DNA from: Octopus sinensis
Lineage: Eukaryota
Direction: 5' to 3'
Assembly (NCBI RefSeq): GCF_006345805.1
Contig: NC_043003.1
Span: 110,112,001 to 110,176,000, forward strand
DNA length: 64,000 nt
A model generated the notes under the pieces. That model did not search any database. It saw only the letters and a program-made list of their open reading frames with translations, and had not been told where the DNA came from. Shown here one piece after another: positions 39,111 to 52,984 of this stretch. The position numbers and the translations under genes were made by a program. The first letter of the stretch is position 1. The number at the start of each line of letters is the position of its first letter.

Positions 39111-40396
39111 CGAAAACGTATAAAAATGTACAAAAACGGCCAAAAAGCTGGCAGCAATGTGAGTGACAACAACGAAAAAGTCAAAAGTGATCAAACTGAA
39201 CAAACGAAAGGAAAAGTTTTTTGATGCACACGACAAAAGTGGTTTATAATAAACCAAGAGTTTGCAAGTAGCGTCCGAGGACCGTTAGGGTACGTCAAAA
39301 ATTGAAGGTAAAACGTTTGGGGTGGTAGTTATAAAGAAAGTTTAAACCAAAAAGTATTCGAATAACTTGCGGCTGCAGCAGCTATTAGCAGAAGTGGCGG
39401 TGTTGGGGGTAAAGTCTCGAATGTAATTTCTTCCTGGTAGGAATTGGTTGGATCGAATTATCGATAGCTAAAAAGGTCAAGTTGCGTCCCCTAGACAGTG
39501 GTTTGTGTTTAATACACAAATTTGTTTGCTATGTGTGCCACATATGATTAAATTAACCGATTTTTTCCAATAATGTATCCTATTGGAATAAAAAGAGCTA
39601 TATAGCTCCTTGGAGCAGACATGATGCTCGTTGTGAAAAAAAAAAAGATTCCTGCCAATTTGTGAAAGATATTGTCGAAAATATGTCATCTTGAATTTGA
39701 ACGCGATTTCCCAAAATGGCATGATTTTATCGATTGTTTCTGATGGTAAGGTATTGCATGGAAAACTAACGTCAGAATTGAGTTTCTTAGGGTAACATTA
39801 AGCTTCACCATGAGTTTGGTGAAAATCGATTGCAAGTTGTGAAAACTACCATAGATAATGCGTTGCATAAAAAAAGCTTAGATTCTCGAGTTGCGTCCCC
39901 TAGACAGTCTGTGGTTCATGTTTATGATTCTCGACCCCATGTCGAATTTATCAATTTTTTTCAGAACTGGGGGAACTTTTCAAAATTTTCGCTGCGTTAG
40001 TTTTGAATTATGACATTGGGCTATGTGTGTGTCAAGTTTCATCAGAATCGGTTGAAAGCCGTGGTCAGGGTGAGGGTACGAGAAAACAGACACACAGAAG
40101 CACGCACAGACAAACTGCCGTTTATATATATAGAGATCTTTGTCTTCTCTCCAGGTGCTGAATGAACATTTAATGTCGTTTTACAGTCAAGTTTTGGCTG
40201 CTATTTGCAGCGTGGTGGCATCACTTAGATACCCTAATATATATTGTTAATAATAATCATTACCTTTGAAGGTTTTTATTCCCATGCTGGCCACCTGATA
40301 GGATCTGTATTTAAATAACGATCTTATCCTTATTTATATAAATTTACACACACACTCTTTCTCTCTCTCTCACACACACACACACAAACACACATA

Positions 40397-40473
<77 letters not shown>

Positions 40474-41333
40474 TACAGAGATGTAATTGCATAGCAACTG
40501 ACTTGATCTTAGTTCGTGTGCTGAAACAAAAACAATTGCAGCGTGGAAGTTGTTTAAAAGCCATTTAAAAACCGTTAGATTCACTTCAACATTTTAATTT
40601 GTTGAAATCGTTTCGTCGCTTTGAAACCGCAACCTGTTCACTGACAAAATCCCGTGCTGCACCTAGAAAGTAACATTTAGTTCATGATATGTTTGTATGT
40701 ATGTATGTATGAATGGATGGATGTATGCATGTATGTATGTGAGTGAAGGACTCCTAGCGTTTGTTAGGGCATCCTTCTAGGAGAAGGTAAGTCAGGTAAC
40801 TGGGATAACTCCGACATAAAACCTGCGGCTCAGTGGTTACCGATGATGTTGACTTGTTCTTCTTTTCGGATTATGGCTGCTGTTGCTTAGTGAGTGAGAT
40901 TGACTCAGTGCACAGTCTTTCTTCACTTAAAAAAATCTTCTTGCACAGGCATTGTACGATAACAAAATTGATTAAGCTTCATGCAATGGCCATACTCGAT
41001 AACGAGGGGGCAGCCACCATGTATGTATGTATGTATGTATGTGCAATAGGGATAACATGAATTTCTTCTATCTCCCTGCTCTGTTAAAATAATTGAGAAA
41101 AATATTTATTTTGAATTTTTTTCCAGTAATGATAATGTATATGACGTGAGATATTTGCCTTGCCTTAACGTGTGTTGTTCTTTTTAACAACTACATATCT
41201 GCTATATCGGAAATCTGCAATGGCTCCACAACTGACATCTCGGATACAACCTTGGAGCACTAGTAATCCGTCCCAGCAATTATCTAGCGTACTTAACCGT
41301 TTAGACCAACTGTGAACCATACTCTCTCTCTCT

Positions 41334-41380
<47 letters not shown>

Positions 41381-41754
41381 ATAATATATATATATATATT
41401 AATAGTTATCGCCAAGCTAACATGGCCGTCCATAAAAATACGACGAATGCTGCCGTTGATTAGGAGCAAGAGACCATCGCCTGTAGCTAGCTCTGTGACA
41501 CACGAATCTATGCCCATTGTAACTTTGAACAGGGGAGGTTAGCCGCTTCCCCTTATTAGCCTGGCATCTACAGGCTAGTTTCAGAGTATTTGCCCTTTAT
41601 CAATATAGAGCAGCTGAACAGACGGTCAGTAGCAACACCTGCCTGGTTCGGCTACTCTGTATTGATGGACGACTTGCTGCTACGCATTTTGCCCGCCGTG
41701 CTAACGATTCTGCCAGCTCAGCGCATATATGTCTGCATATATTAATAATGCTAT

Positions 41755-41826
<72 letters not shown>

Positions 41827-41831
41827 ATATA

Positions 41832-41898
<67 letters not shown>

Positions 41899-41927
41899 CA
41901 TATATAAATGAATATATATATGGATTC

Positions 41928-41982
<55 letters not shown>

Positions 41983-42006
41983 GAGAGAGAGAGAGAGAGA
42001 GATAGT

Positions 42007-42084
42007 TACATAGATAGATAGACTGACAGACAGACAGACAGACAGATAGATAGATAGATAGATAGATAGACAGATAGATAGATT

Positions 42085-42176
<92 letters not shown>

Positions 42177-42200
42177 TGTAGATAGATATAGATAGATAGA
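42007..42200. repeat. (GATA)n/(GACA)n microsatellite
   Basis: Seen directly in sequence. Confidence 0.95.
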
Positions 42201-42849
42201 TGTATATTGGTGTTTCCGAAGAATAAGCAACGACTGCTTAATCAGAAATGAACATATTTGCGATTAAAAAGTGCTGCGTTAGGTGATATGGTATCAAGTT
42301 AAATAATATAAGCAAACATGGTATTTATTCCACTGTTATAGAATAGATATTGGCACTTGCGTAATGTTTATATGTAGTAATGTAAATTATTACGAAGAAA
42401 AGAAATTTCAATTTAGAGAAGTATTTAGTGTGGTTCATGTGAGAAATTGGAAATTTTATACCAATTATAAAGTCAGTACCCATAAGCAATGCCATGAATC
42501 AACCTATAAATGAATACCTTAAAAACTGAGATAACATTCTATCCACCGCAAAATGCTTCGCTGTTGGTGATGGATAAAGAAAATTTTGTATAAAAAGATT
42601 ATACAAAATTATGTATGTAAAGAAAAAAATGTAAATCTACAAACCTTTAAATTTTAGTTATTTCCACTCTGGTAATTCTAGCATATTAAAATATTAATCA
42701 CTTCCTATATTTTCAGATATGAAATACATATATTTGTATGATGGAGACATGCATTGAATGTATGAATGTACAGCGATGCACAATAAAGTTATGAATTAAG
42801 AATCCCAAATATAGTTAGACAAAAAGACCTACAATGCGCACAATTGGAT

Positions 42850-42894
<45 letters not shown>

Positions 42895-43054
42895 CGCGCG
42901 CGCGCGCGTGTGTGTGTGTATGTATACATCTGTGCTTGCGTATCTATCTATATATGTTTGTATGTGTATGTGTGTGTTTGTGTATGGGCTTTATATATAG
43001 GTACATATATATATAGCATAATACACACATATTTATGTATTATATTTCATTAGC

Positions 43055-43093
<39 letters not shown>

Positions 43094-43359
43094 TTATTTA
43101 TTATTTATTGCCCATTCAGGAGTTGTATGTAGGAATATATATGCATTAAAGTGTAAAAGAGTAAGAGGAAAGTAATATATATATATGTGTGTATGTATTT
43201 TTGTATGTATGTGAATATATGTATGTACATGTAAATATATATGTATTTATATACATATGTATTTTGTGTGTGTGTATATATATATGAGAAACTAAAGAAG
43301 GAAAATGTACACACTTTACATAGTTTTATTATAATTTGTAATATATCTTGTATTGTGTT

Positions 43360-43392
43360 TGTCGAAAGGTTTCGCTTTCGCTGTTCATGACA
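43360..43392 (-). ncRNA. Degenerate minimal hammerhead motif downstream of a PLE
   Basis: TGTC-ATGAACA-GC(GAAA)GC-GAAA-CCTT-TC-GACA, co-oriented with the PLE at 43620-44130. Confidence 0.45.
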
Positions 43393-43558
43393 TTAAAATT
43401 TATTTAAATACGTATTCTCTTAAGAAGAAATTTTGGGGTCCATGTTGCGTGTGAAAATGTATGAGTAATTAATTCAACGAGTGGAAATCTAAGGGGAGGA
43501 AATTGTTTTTGCTATTATATTTGGGAGGGGAGATAAATGTTCAGCTTTCGGTAGGGGG

Positions 43559-43599
<41 letters not shown>

Positions 43600-43619
43600 A
43601 AATTTCGAGAACTCATTTA

Positions 43620-44130
43620 GTGGGGAGATAAATGTACAGTGATGTAATTGTTTATTACAATATGTAAAGAGATCAAAGTTGGCGATGTGTGCATATTCAG
43701 ACACGTTCTGAATTTTTCGATGAAAACAATTTCTTTAGTTAAACGTAGAGAAATTGTATCTTTGCACTGGTAGAAGGGAAATACTGTGAAATTTGGTTTG
43801 CACATTTCTCAATGTGTTCACTTAAAGGAATTTATCTGTATTGCGGGAACCAGATCTGCTCTTTACGTAAAGTGGTTCTCCGTCTCAAAATCATACTCTT
43901 CTGTCCAATATAGTATCGTCCCCAACCCGAGCAGAGTATTACATAAATTAGGTTCTCAGATGCACAAGTAAAACTAGTTTTAAATGTGAACCTCTCTCCT
44001 TGTTTGAAAAGGAGATCCGAGCCTTCAAGTAGGTTGGGGCCTGTTCCACAGTTTTGGCGTCCACATCTTTCAACCGTTGGTTTCGTGATTGTTGTGTAAA
44101 GCATTGCATTTGTTAGAAAGCTCTGTCGCG
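43620..44130 (-). mobile_element. Penelope-like GIY-YIG 3' fragment
   Basis: RCGRQNCGTGP..FTCASENLIYVILCSGWGRYYIGQKSMILRRRTTL. Confidence 0.85.
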
Positions 44131-44635
44131 ATTAGTGTTGCTTTTTGCATTTGATGAGTTTATACATTTTCAGGATAAGGTACTATACAGATATATTTTA
44201 TATATACATAACTTACGTACATATACATAGATATATGCTTATATACATTATATATATATATCCATACACACATATGTATATACTTATATGTGTATTTATA
44301 TATATTCTATGCATGTATATATCTATCCATCTCTCTCTAAGTATCTATGCATGCATTCATGTGTGTGTATGTGTGTGTTTGTGTGTGTGTGTTATATTTT
44401 CATGTATTATAAATTTTCTCTGTTTGAAGAATTTCTAATTAAAAAATTCCTTATATGTCTATGTAACATACGAATATTTGTAATTCTTATTAGAAAAGGA
44501 AACACGTGTAATGGGGTTTAAACAATCCTTCAAAATTCTTATTTCCCTGCATTTTTCATTCAATAACTCTGTAAATATTTTTTCATTATGCACAATTTAG
44601 TATGTATATTGACCAACATACAACAGCGACTCTTG

Positions 44636-44723
<88 letters not shown>

Positions 44724-44944
44724 ATGTTAATGTTCCCAAAGAAAATATATTTGCATATGCAAGGTTGTAAAATGCAATGCAATTATATTCAAGGAATCAA
44801 AATATTCTCCTTGCCACATAACGTCAGTATGAATTAGTTGGCTTGAATGCATGCTTATAGACATACGAACAAGCATAACCATACTTTTATATACATATAT
44901 ATATATGTGTGTGAGCGTACGCAGACACACACACACAAACACAT

Positions 44945-44991
44945 ATATGTATATATTATATAGAAATGGATATACATATGTACATATGTAT

Positions 44992-45029
<38 letters not shown>

Positions 45030-45858
45030 ATATATATATATGAGTACATATATGTAGATGCATAGATATATTTATATACATATGCATATAAGGTTGTGTA
45101 CCTGCATCTACGTCTATTTATAAATACTCTCCCTTTCACTCATTCTATCTTTTACGCTATCTTTCTCCGTCTCACTGTCTTTCCCTCTTTTTCTATGTAT
45201 GTTTTACGTATGTATGCATATATTCATATATGTGTACGTATGTATATATATATATATATGTATGTATATATATATTACGTGTATATATATTTATGTATAC
45301 AATTGGAATTCGATTTGAAAATCATCAGATTACAAGTCTTCTTGAATTGCCTTACGTTAGTAATGCAGAACATAAAAAAACAAATATGCATTTAAAAAAA
45401 TCAACAATAAAACATCAACAAACAATTTAGCCTATTCTATAATCGCAATATATTGTTCATATGTTTATTTACATTGTATTCTTGACCTTTGCTGTAAATT
45501 TCATTATCAACATTTACCACCTCCATTTGTATTCTTCGGTTTTGTCGTATATATATTTTCTGTTGGAATGTTGTGCGCACACGTTATGCACACTTATCTA
45601 CACATCTGTATGAATATCCTGTATTAGCCCAGAATTTTGATCTTGCTCGGATATGTTAAATGTCGCACACACCAACACACAGACATTCAACGAGTGTGTG
45701 TATGTGAGTGCGTTTGCTTGTATATATATATATGTATGTATATATATATATATGTTTATATATATGTATATATTATATAGAAATGGATATACATATGTAC
45801 ATATGTATAGGTATATATATATATATATATGTTTATATATATGTATATATATATATGT

Positions 45859-45889
<31 letters not shown>

Positions 45890-45954
45890 GTTTATATATA
45901 TGTATATATATGTATGTATATATATATGTTTATATATATATGTTTATATATATG

Positions 45955-45988
<34 letters not shown>

Positions 45989-46007
45989 TTATATATATAT
46001 ATATATA

Positions 46008-46043
<36 letters not shown>

Positions 46044-46800
46044 TACATATATGTAGATGCATAGATATATTTATATACATATGCATATAAGGTTGTGTAC
46101 CTGCATCTACGTCTATTTATAAATACTCTCCCTTTCACTCATTCTATCTTTTACGCTATCTTTCTCCGTCTCACTGTCTTTCCCTCTTTTTCTATGTATG
46201 TTTTACGTATGTATGCATATATTCATATATGTGTACGTATGTATATATATATATATATGTATGTATATATATATTTACGTGTATATATATTTATGTATAC
46301 AATTGGAATTCGATTTGAAAATCATCAGATTACAAGTCTTCTTGAATTGCCTTACGTTAGTAATGCAGAACATAAAAAAACAAATATGCATTTAAAAAAA
46401 TCAACAATAAAACATCAACAAACAATTTAGCCTATTCTATAATCGCAATATATTGTTCATATGTTTATTTACATTGTATTCTTGACCTTTGCTGTAAATT
46501 TCATTATCAACATTTACCACCTCCATTTGTATTCTTCGGTTTTGTCGTATATATATTTTCTGTTGGAAATGTTGTGCGCACACGTTATGCACACTTATCT
46601 ACACATCTGTATGAATATCCTGTATTAGCCCAGAATTTTGATCTTGCTCGGATATGTTAAATGTCGCACACACCAACACACAGACATTCAACGAGTGTGT
46701 GTATGTGAGTGCGTTTGCTTGTATATATATATATGTATGTATATATATATATATGTTTATATATATGTATATATATGTATGTATATATATATGTTTATAT
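44945..46800. repeat. Near-identical ~1-kb tandem duplication (period ~999 bp)
   Basis: Unique-sequence blocks 45042-45725 and 46041-46722 differ, by eye, only by isolated 1-bp changes; junctions lie in (TA)-rich tracts. Confidence 0.9.
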
Positions 46801-46840
46801 ATATGTATATATATATATATATATGTTTATATATATGTAT

Positions 46841-46871
<31 letters not shown>

Positions 46872-46946
46872 ATATATATATGTTTATATATATGTATATA
46901 TATGTATGTATATATATATGTTTATATATATATGTTTATATATATG

Positions 46947-47030
<84 letters not shown>

Positions 47031-47418
47031 GTATATAATTTGCTTGTGTGTGTGCCTGTCGGAGGTGTTGGAGTCTGTTTTTCTGCTATGCATAGAAGTA
47101 AGAAGGAAACTTGGTGTGAGAGAATGAGAAAAATCGAGTGAGACAAAGGTTGATAAAAACGATGTCTTAAAAGAAGCTGCCTTATCACGAATGTTTCAAA
47201 CATCAATTTTCAAGTGTAATAGATATTATTCTTTTTTAGTTTTGTGAATAAACATTGGGTCAATAAGACAACAAAGCAGAAAAAATATATATGTATATAT
47301 ACATACATGCACATCATACACGCACACATACGCACACATATGCAACCCCCACATCTGTGCGCGTGCGTGGATGTATATGTACATGTATATGAATATATAA
47401 ATGTATATAAAGATATAT

Positions 47419-47465
<47 letters not shown>

Positions 47466-47495
47466 ATATATTTATATGTATATATATGTACGTGT

Positions 47496-47529
<34 letters not shown>

Positions 47530-47660
47530 ATATATATACATATATTTGCATGTATGTGTGCATGTGTGTTTACGTATGTATTACAAAAATAGATATAATA
47601 TAAATGAGATCTTGCATATAGCCCAATACATCGAATTTCCAACTAGATTACAATAAATTA

Positions 47661-47775
47661 CGATGATGATGATGATGATGATAATGATGATGATGATGAT
47701 GATGATGATGACGACGACGATGATGATGCTGATTTTGAAGATATTGATGATGATTACCATGTTGATGACGATGAT
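47661..47775. repeat. (GAT)n-like microsatellite
   Basis: Seen directly in sequence. Confidence 0.9.
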
Positions 47776-49719
47776 ATATAAAATGTCAAGAAGATCAAGA
47801 AATTCTCACACAACACTCAATAAACATTAGAGTTTATTCCACGTACTGTTCGATAAAGTATCGAACTGACAAAACCGTGTTTTTCATTCAAATCTACAGC
47901 CTGTTTCCTTATCTTTAACGTGAAGCAAGGATCAAAATAAACTTACCAGCGTTTGTCGATAAACTTTACAATCTTGTTACTTTTTTTTCTTGTCATCTTA
48001 GAACATACAGTTATGTAAGTAAATATTCTCTCAATTTTCTTATCACAACATGATTCTCTTTTTCTTGTAATATAAGATTGTACTGCTTAAATGGCATTTC
48101 ATCGATTTATTTGAATTTTTTTTCAATTTTAATTTGAAGCCATAATTCTCAATACATGTTTTCTGAGAAGCATTCTATCTTTCACAGATTTCTATTTTGA
48201 TAGAAGAAAATTATAGATATAGTTATAGTTACTAAAATTTAATAAAAGTTTTGGTCAAGGAACAGGATTGAATATCTACACTGATTTATTATTCGTGTAT
48301 TATGAAAATAGCATTCATTTATCTCACGCAAGCGAAATTAATGAACTTAATTATATAACTTTGCTCAACCAATGATATCCTTGGTTAGACAATTAAATAT
48401 TAAGATAATGTTTAATCACTTAGAATTGTATTTTTCATGTTTAACTAAACATTCCAAAAGTCTCTTCGTTGATTGTTTATAACTATTTCATTTACTTTGG
48501 TCTTAGACTGGTAAGACTATCACAGCTTTCATAACTTTGTCTTTAATACCGAGACATACAAAATTCTACATCAATACAATATACAAGTATTTTCAAATCA
48601 CTGCAATTGTGTCGAAATGCCAAAAGGAAAATAATTTCGTGAAACACGGTGAGGTAGCAAAATCGTTAGTGCTTAGAAAAAACACATTTTTCTGAATCTT
48701 TCCGCTTGAGAAAAATCTTGCCAAGATCAACTTTGATTTCATTCTTCTGGGGTAGATTAAATGAATTACCGGTATTACCATAAAGCCGACGGTATCGACA
48801 AACGCCCATCCCTCAAAATTGCTGTTCCTCGGTCTAAATTAGAAACCAATATATACGTTGTCTTACTGATCTCACAGTTTTGAGCAAGAATTCTGTGTTT
48901 GATGATTTTCCAAAACTTATTATCAATTCACATAAAATGAAATATCTTTGATCTTCTTTACGTCTCTTCCATTTATTAACTCATCATTCCTCGTCCATCT
49001 AACATGATGTGTCGCACTGAGGCCACTAATAAATGTAATACTACTTTTGTGCGTCATTCGACGTCAGTAGATACTCGAAATTCATGACCCTTTAATTCAA
49101 AATGTAATCTTCTCTTTTCTCGTCGTATATTTCACGAGACACTTTTGGAAACATTAAACTATCTGATCTCTCACCATCTCACGTGATGGTTTTTGTTTGA
49201 TTCTATTTAGCAGTCGGAAAATATTTACTATTAGCTTATGTAGATTCTTGTACAAGCTCTGCCTTTTGAAACTGTTCCCAGTAGCATTTTCATGGTCTGA
49301 ATTCTTTCCCAAATAGTGATGTCTCTGAAGAAAGATTTCTCAGGTACATATCGCATGTATCATATAGCTTGCAGATAGAGCTCGCTGGATATCTTTATTA
49401 AACTTTGAGCCTTGAATCTCTATCGTTCTCAATGCAAAAATAAACCTAATAACGTAATCTGTATATGATATACTGCAAGCATGCTTTCACCAATTGCTTA
49501 ATTTAAAAGAAAATCTAATAAAACGGCTGCTATTGAGTGTGAAAAGCGTTAACCATCTCTAACCATCTCTTTACTAAGTATATCTTGTTATTTCCCATCT
49601 GTATTATTACATTAACTTCGAGTGGACATCTACATAACCAGCTGCCCTAACAAATATTTCGGTGTGTTAAACATCTTGCAATATTATAGTAACTTATTTG
49701 CTTTATTCTTCAAGCTGCA

Positions 49720-50340
49720 ACAAATGCAGCCTAGCATTCAAAGTAGAGGCTTTCCTGATGCGTTATCTAAAGACACCTTGCTGCCAATTCATTGAACCCA
49801 CGCTGATACCAGTTCTTGTACGTCAGGGCGAAGAATTCTCCGACTGAAGCTTTCAACTTCCCTTGGTTGAGAAAGAGTCGGGAGCACAGGAAGTATGTTA
49901 TGGATTGGAACAAGTAATAATCCGAAGGAACTTCGCCTGGATGATGAACCGTAGCATTAGTTCGATTCCTTCAAGTTTCTGAAGTTTTTTCAGGGCTGTT
50001 TGAGTGAAATGAGGTTCTGCGCTGTCTTGCCACAGAAGAACTCCCTTTCTCTTAACAAATGCCGAGTATTTTTGTCAATAATGGCATACATCCGTGTAAT
50101 ACAAAGCCCACCTAATTCTTTTTGGGTGCTACTCCGGTGAGTGTGCCACACGTAGGATTTGCCTCTATGGCTTGGAGTATGGCCTCGAACATTTTTGGTT
50201 TTACGACTATCTGCCTTTGTCTTATATTTGGGATTCTTGCAACCCGAGCAAAATTTCTTGAAGCATCTGGTTACTGTACTGTTATCAACTGCGACGCCAT
50301 CTTTCGCACAAGAAATGCTTTTGGTTACTAACTTACGTAA
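49720..50340 (-). pseudogene. Mariner (DD34D) transposase relic with N- and C-terminal pieces joined
   Basis: VDNSTVTRCFKKFCSGCK (HTH), then VLLWQDSAEPH..LEGIELML..PSDYYLFQSI..WYQRGFNELAARCL..LYFE. Confidence 0.8.
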
Positions 50341-51447
50341 AGCATAGGTTCACAAATTAGACTACGCTGCACGTTCGTCTGTGCGAATTTCAACTACCAC
50401 GATGCTACTAACCTCTTAGTTCACGGCTATTGGTATCCGAAAAACACCCTGAACTTAAATTAACACTCTTCTGGAGACATTACTCAACAGCATTAATAGA
50501 TGATGGGATTAAACGAGCAAAAGAGTTAGACATACAAACATTAAGGAAAGTTAACCGAAATACTACCATACATCACCACAACTACCATACATCCTCACAC
50601 ATAACCCAAGAAACTGTGAGGCATTCAACATCATCATCCAAAATCTACCCGTTCTCACTGGAGATAAAAGTTGAACGAAATTATGGGCTCACACAAAATT
50701 ATCAAAAGCAAAATTCAATGGAAATTTTTATTTTATATGTCAAAGCTAGAATAATTGCAGAATATGAAATATATCCACAACAACGTTCTCAACCGTATCA
50801 AATTGCTAAGGACATGGTATTTTTCTGAAAGATAATGACATGGCTACTAGAAGATTTTTCTCAAGATGTCTTGATTTCAAGTTACAAATTGAGAGACCTT
50901 ATAAATTGCCTGACAGAGCATACTTCTGTCAAGAAGTTCTAATGATTTCTTAACTATGAAATCTCTTGCTCAAGCAGATTAGATCGTTATTCTGCAAGAA
51001 TGAGTTCTATGCATTGAATACACAAAATAAATCACAGGATGTCACTTACAATTATATTTAGTTTAACAAGTGAGGATAAAAATGAATGCCGGTACAAACT
51101 AATATACAAAGCCGCAATTCAATGCTATATATTTGTTCTAATTTTACAATTTATGCACAATAGCTTTTCAATTATGGAGAAACGAAAGCTTAGAGATTTT
51201 GTATGTCACGCCTTTGCAAAGTGGTTTTGCGAAATAGTCAGCCGCTAACGGCAAAAGCGTGACAATCACGATAATTACTGATATGTAAAAGCGTTTTGTA
51301 TTTCGAAATAATTGGAGTCGAATATTCTGCAAGATCATTACAGAGGTATTAACAATCTGATAACAAAGTGCTACATAACACATCTCTCAATTTATAAAAT
51401 TATACACTAAATCTAAGGAACCGCTTGAGATGATTGAGGAATCCTGG

Positions 51448-51532
<85 letters not shown>

Positions 51533-51594
51533 AAGCACACACATACATACACACACACTTACACACGCATATAGATATAAATACATATATACAT

Positions 51595-51632
<38 letters not shown>

Positions 51633-51879
51633 GAATACTGGAATGACTGTAGAATAAAAAAAATACTTAACATCAACCAATTTATCAAATAACGATAACT
51701 GTGTTTCTTTTTGCATCCATTGTCCAGTATTCAGGACAAGTTTTTGTTTCTAATGAAAATACATGGTTGACAAACAATTCTAAATAGACATCAGGTAACA
51801 TTGTCTAACGAGCGCATATAAAACTTCAAGCCAAAGAAACAAGAAATCAGTATTTATTTCGCAGTTGTACCTTATATGT

Positions 51880-52300
51880 GCTCAATACCACATATTTGCT
51901 TGTCAGTCGTTTGACCTTAACCAGTTGAGCATGTCCCTTAGTGGATGGCGATATGTGCATCTCTGATCATGAGTAGAAGTATTGCGGAATCATCATAGCC
52001 ATGTGCTGACATGGATTCTTTGGGGTTTGAATATTTCACTTCTGGAAACATGGGTTTTTCGTTCAACATCCTTAAACAAGCCTAATTTAAGGAGCATTGA
52101 GCGGGATGGGTTACTCGGCCTCAAGAAAATTTTAACTGGGCCCCACCTGCAAGGTCATGTGCTGTTTATCTTGATATGAGATCACAATGTCCCACGTGCC
52201 TAGTGTACCGTTATCAGACGGGTAGTCATGATGGGTATACTGGGCATCGTATATTTTACACCCAGTGTCACTTTGATGGCAGTTACTGTTCTCTCACTCA
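51880..52300 (+). mobile_element. Probable retroposon 3' end with (AAT)n tail; family uncertain
   Basis: Ends ...cccagtgtcactttgatggc...ctctcactca directly into (AAT)n; resemblance recalled, not verified. Confidence 0.4.
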
Positions 52301-52779
<479 letters not shown>

Positions 52780-52978
52780 GTAGGGATTTCAAATCTTGGG
52801 ATGAGGTCAACAATTTCGGCGCTGGGTTTAAGTGGATTACAGTAACCCTAGTGTAAAACTGGTACTTATTTTATTGACCATGAAACGACGAAAGTTAAAG
52901 TCAACCCTGCCGGAGTTTGAACTCGTAAAGGAAAGGTGGACGAAATGCCACTAAGCATTTCGCCCAGTTTCGTCCACC
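52780..52978 (-). mobile_element. Degenerate SINE
   Basis: actggtacttattttattgacc..aaagtcaacc..ggagtttgaactc..gacgaaatgccactaagcatttcgccc matches the 1990-2220 family. Confidence 0.7.
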
Positions 52979-52984
52979 CTGTAA

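Larger units (their letters stand above)
34015..40136 (-). mobile_element. Complete Helitron (6122 bp)
   Basis: Minus strand 5' A|TCTCTATATATATAAAC at 40136; 3' hairpin CCCGG-GCAACG-CCGGG then CTAG|T at 34015; AT target; contains Rep/helicase. Confidence 0.95.

Noticed and set aside
38988-39257. N-terminal extension of ORF 38268-39257 (MVYYKPLL...)
   Set aside because: It runs through a 61-bp tandem repeat and low-complexity UTR; MPPKKRR at 38987 is the more plausible start.
47640-47830. Poly-Asp coding stretch
   Set aside because: (GAT)n microsatellite with no start codon, splice context or domain.
48002-48014. 13-nt microexon (strong polypyrimidine tract AG ... GTAAGT)
   Set aside because: Splice signals alone are common in AT-rich DNA; no neighbouring exons or conservation are available to support it.
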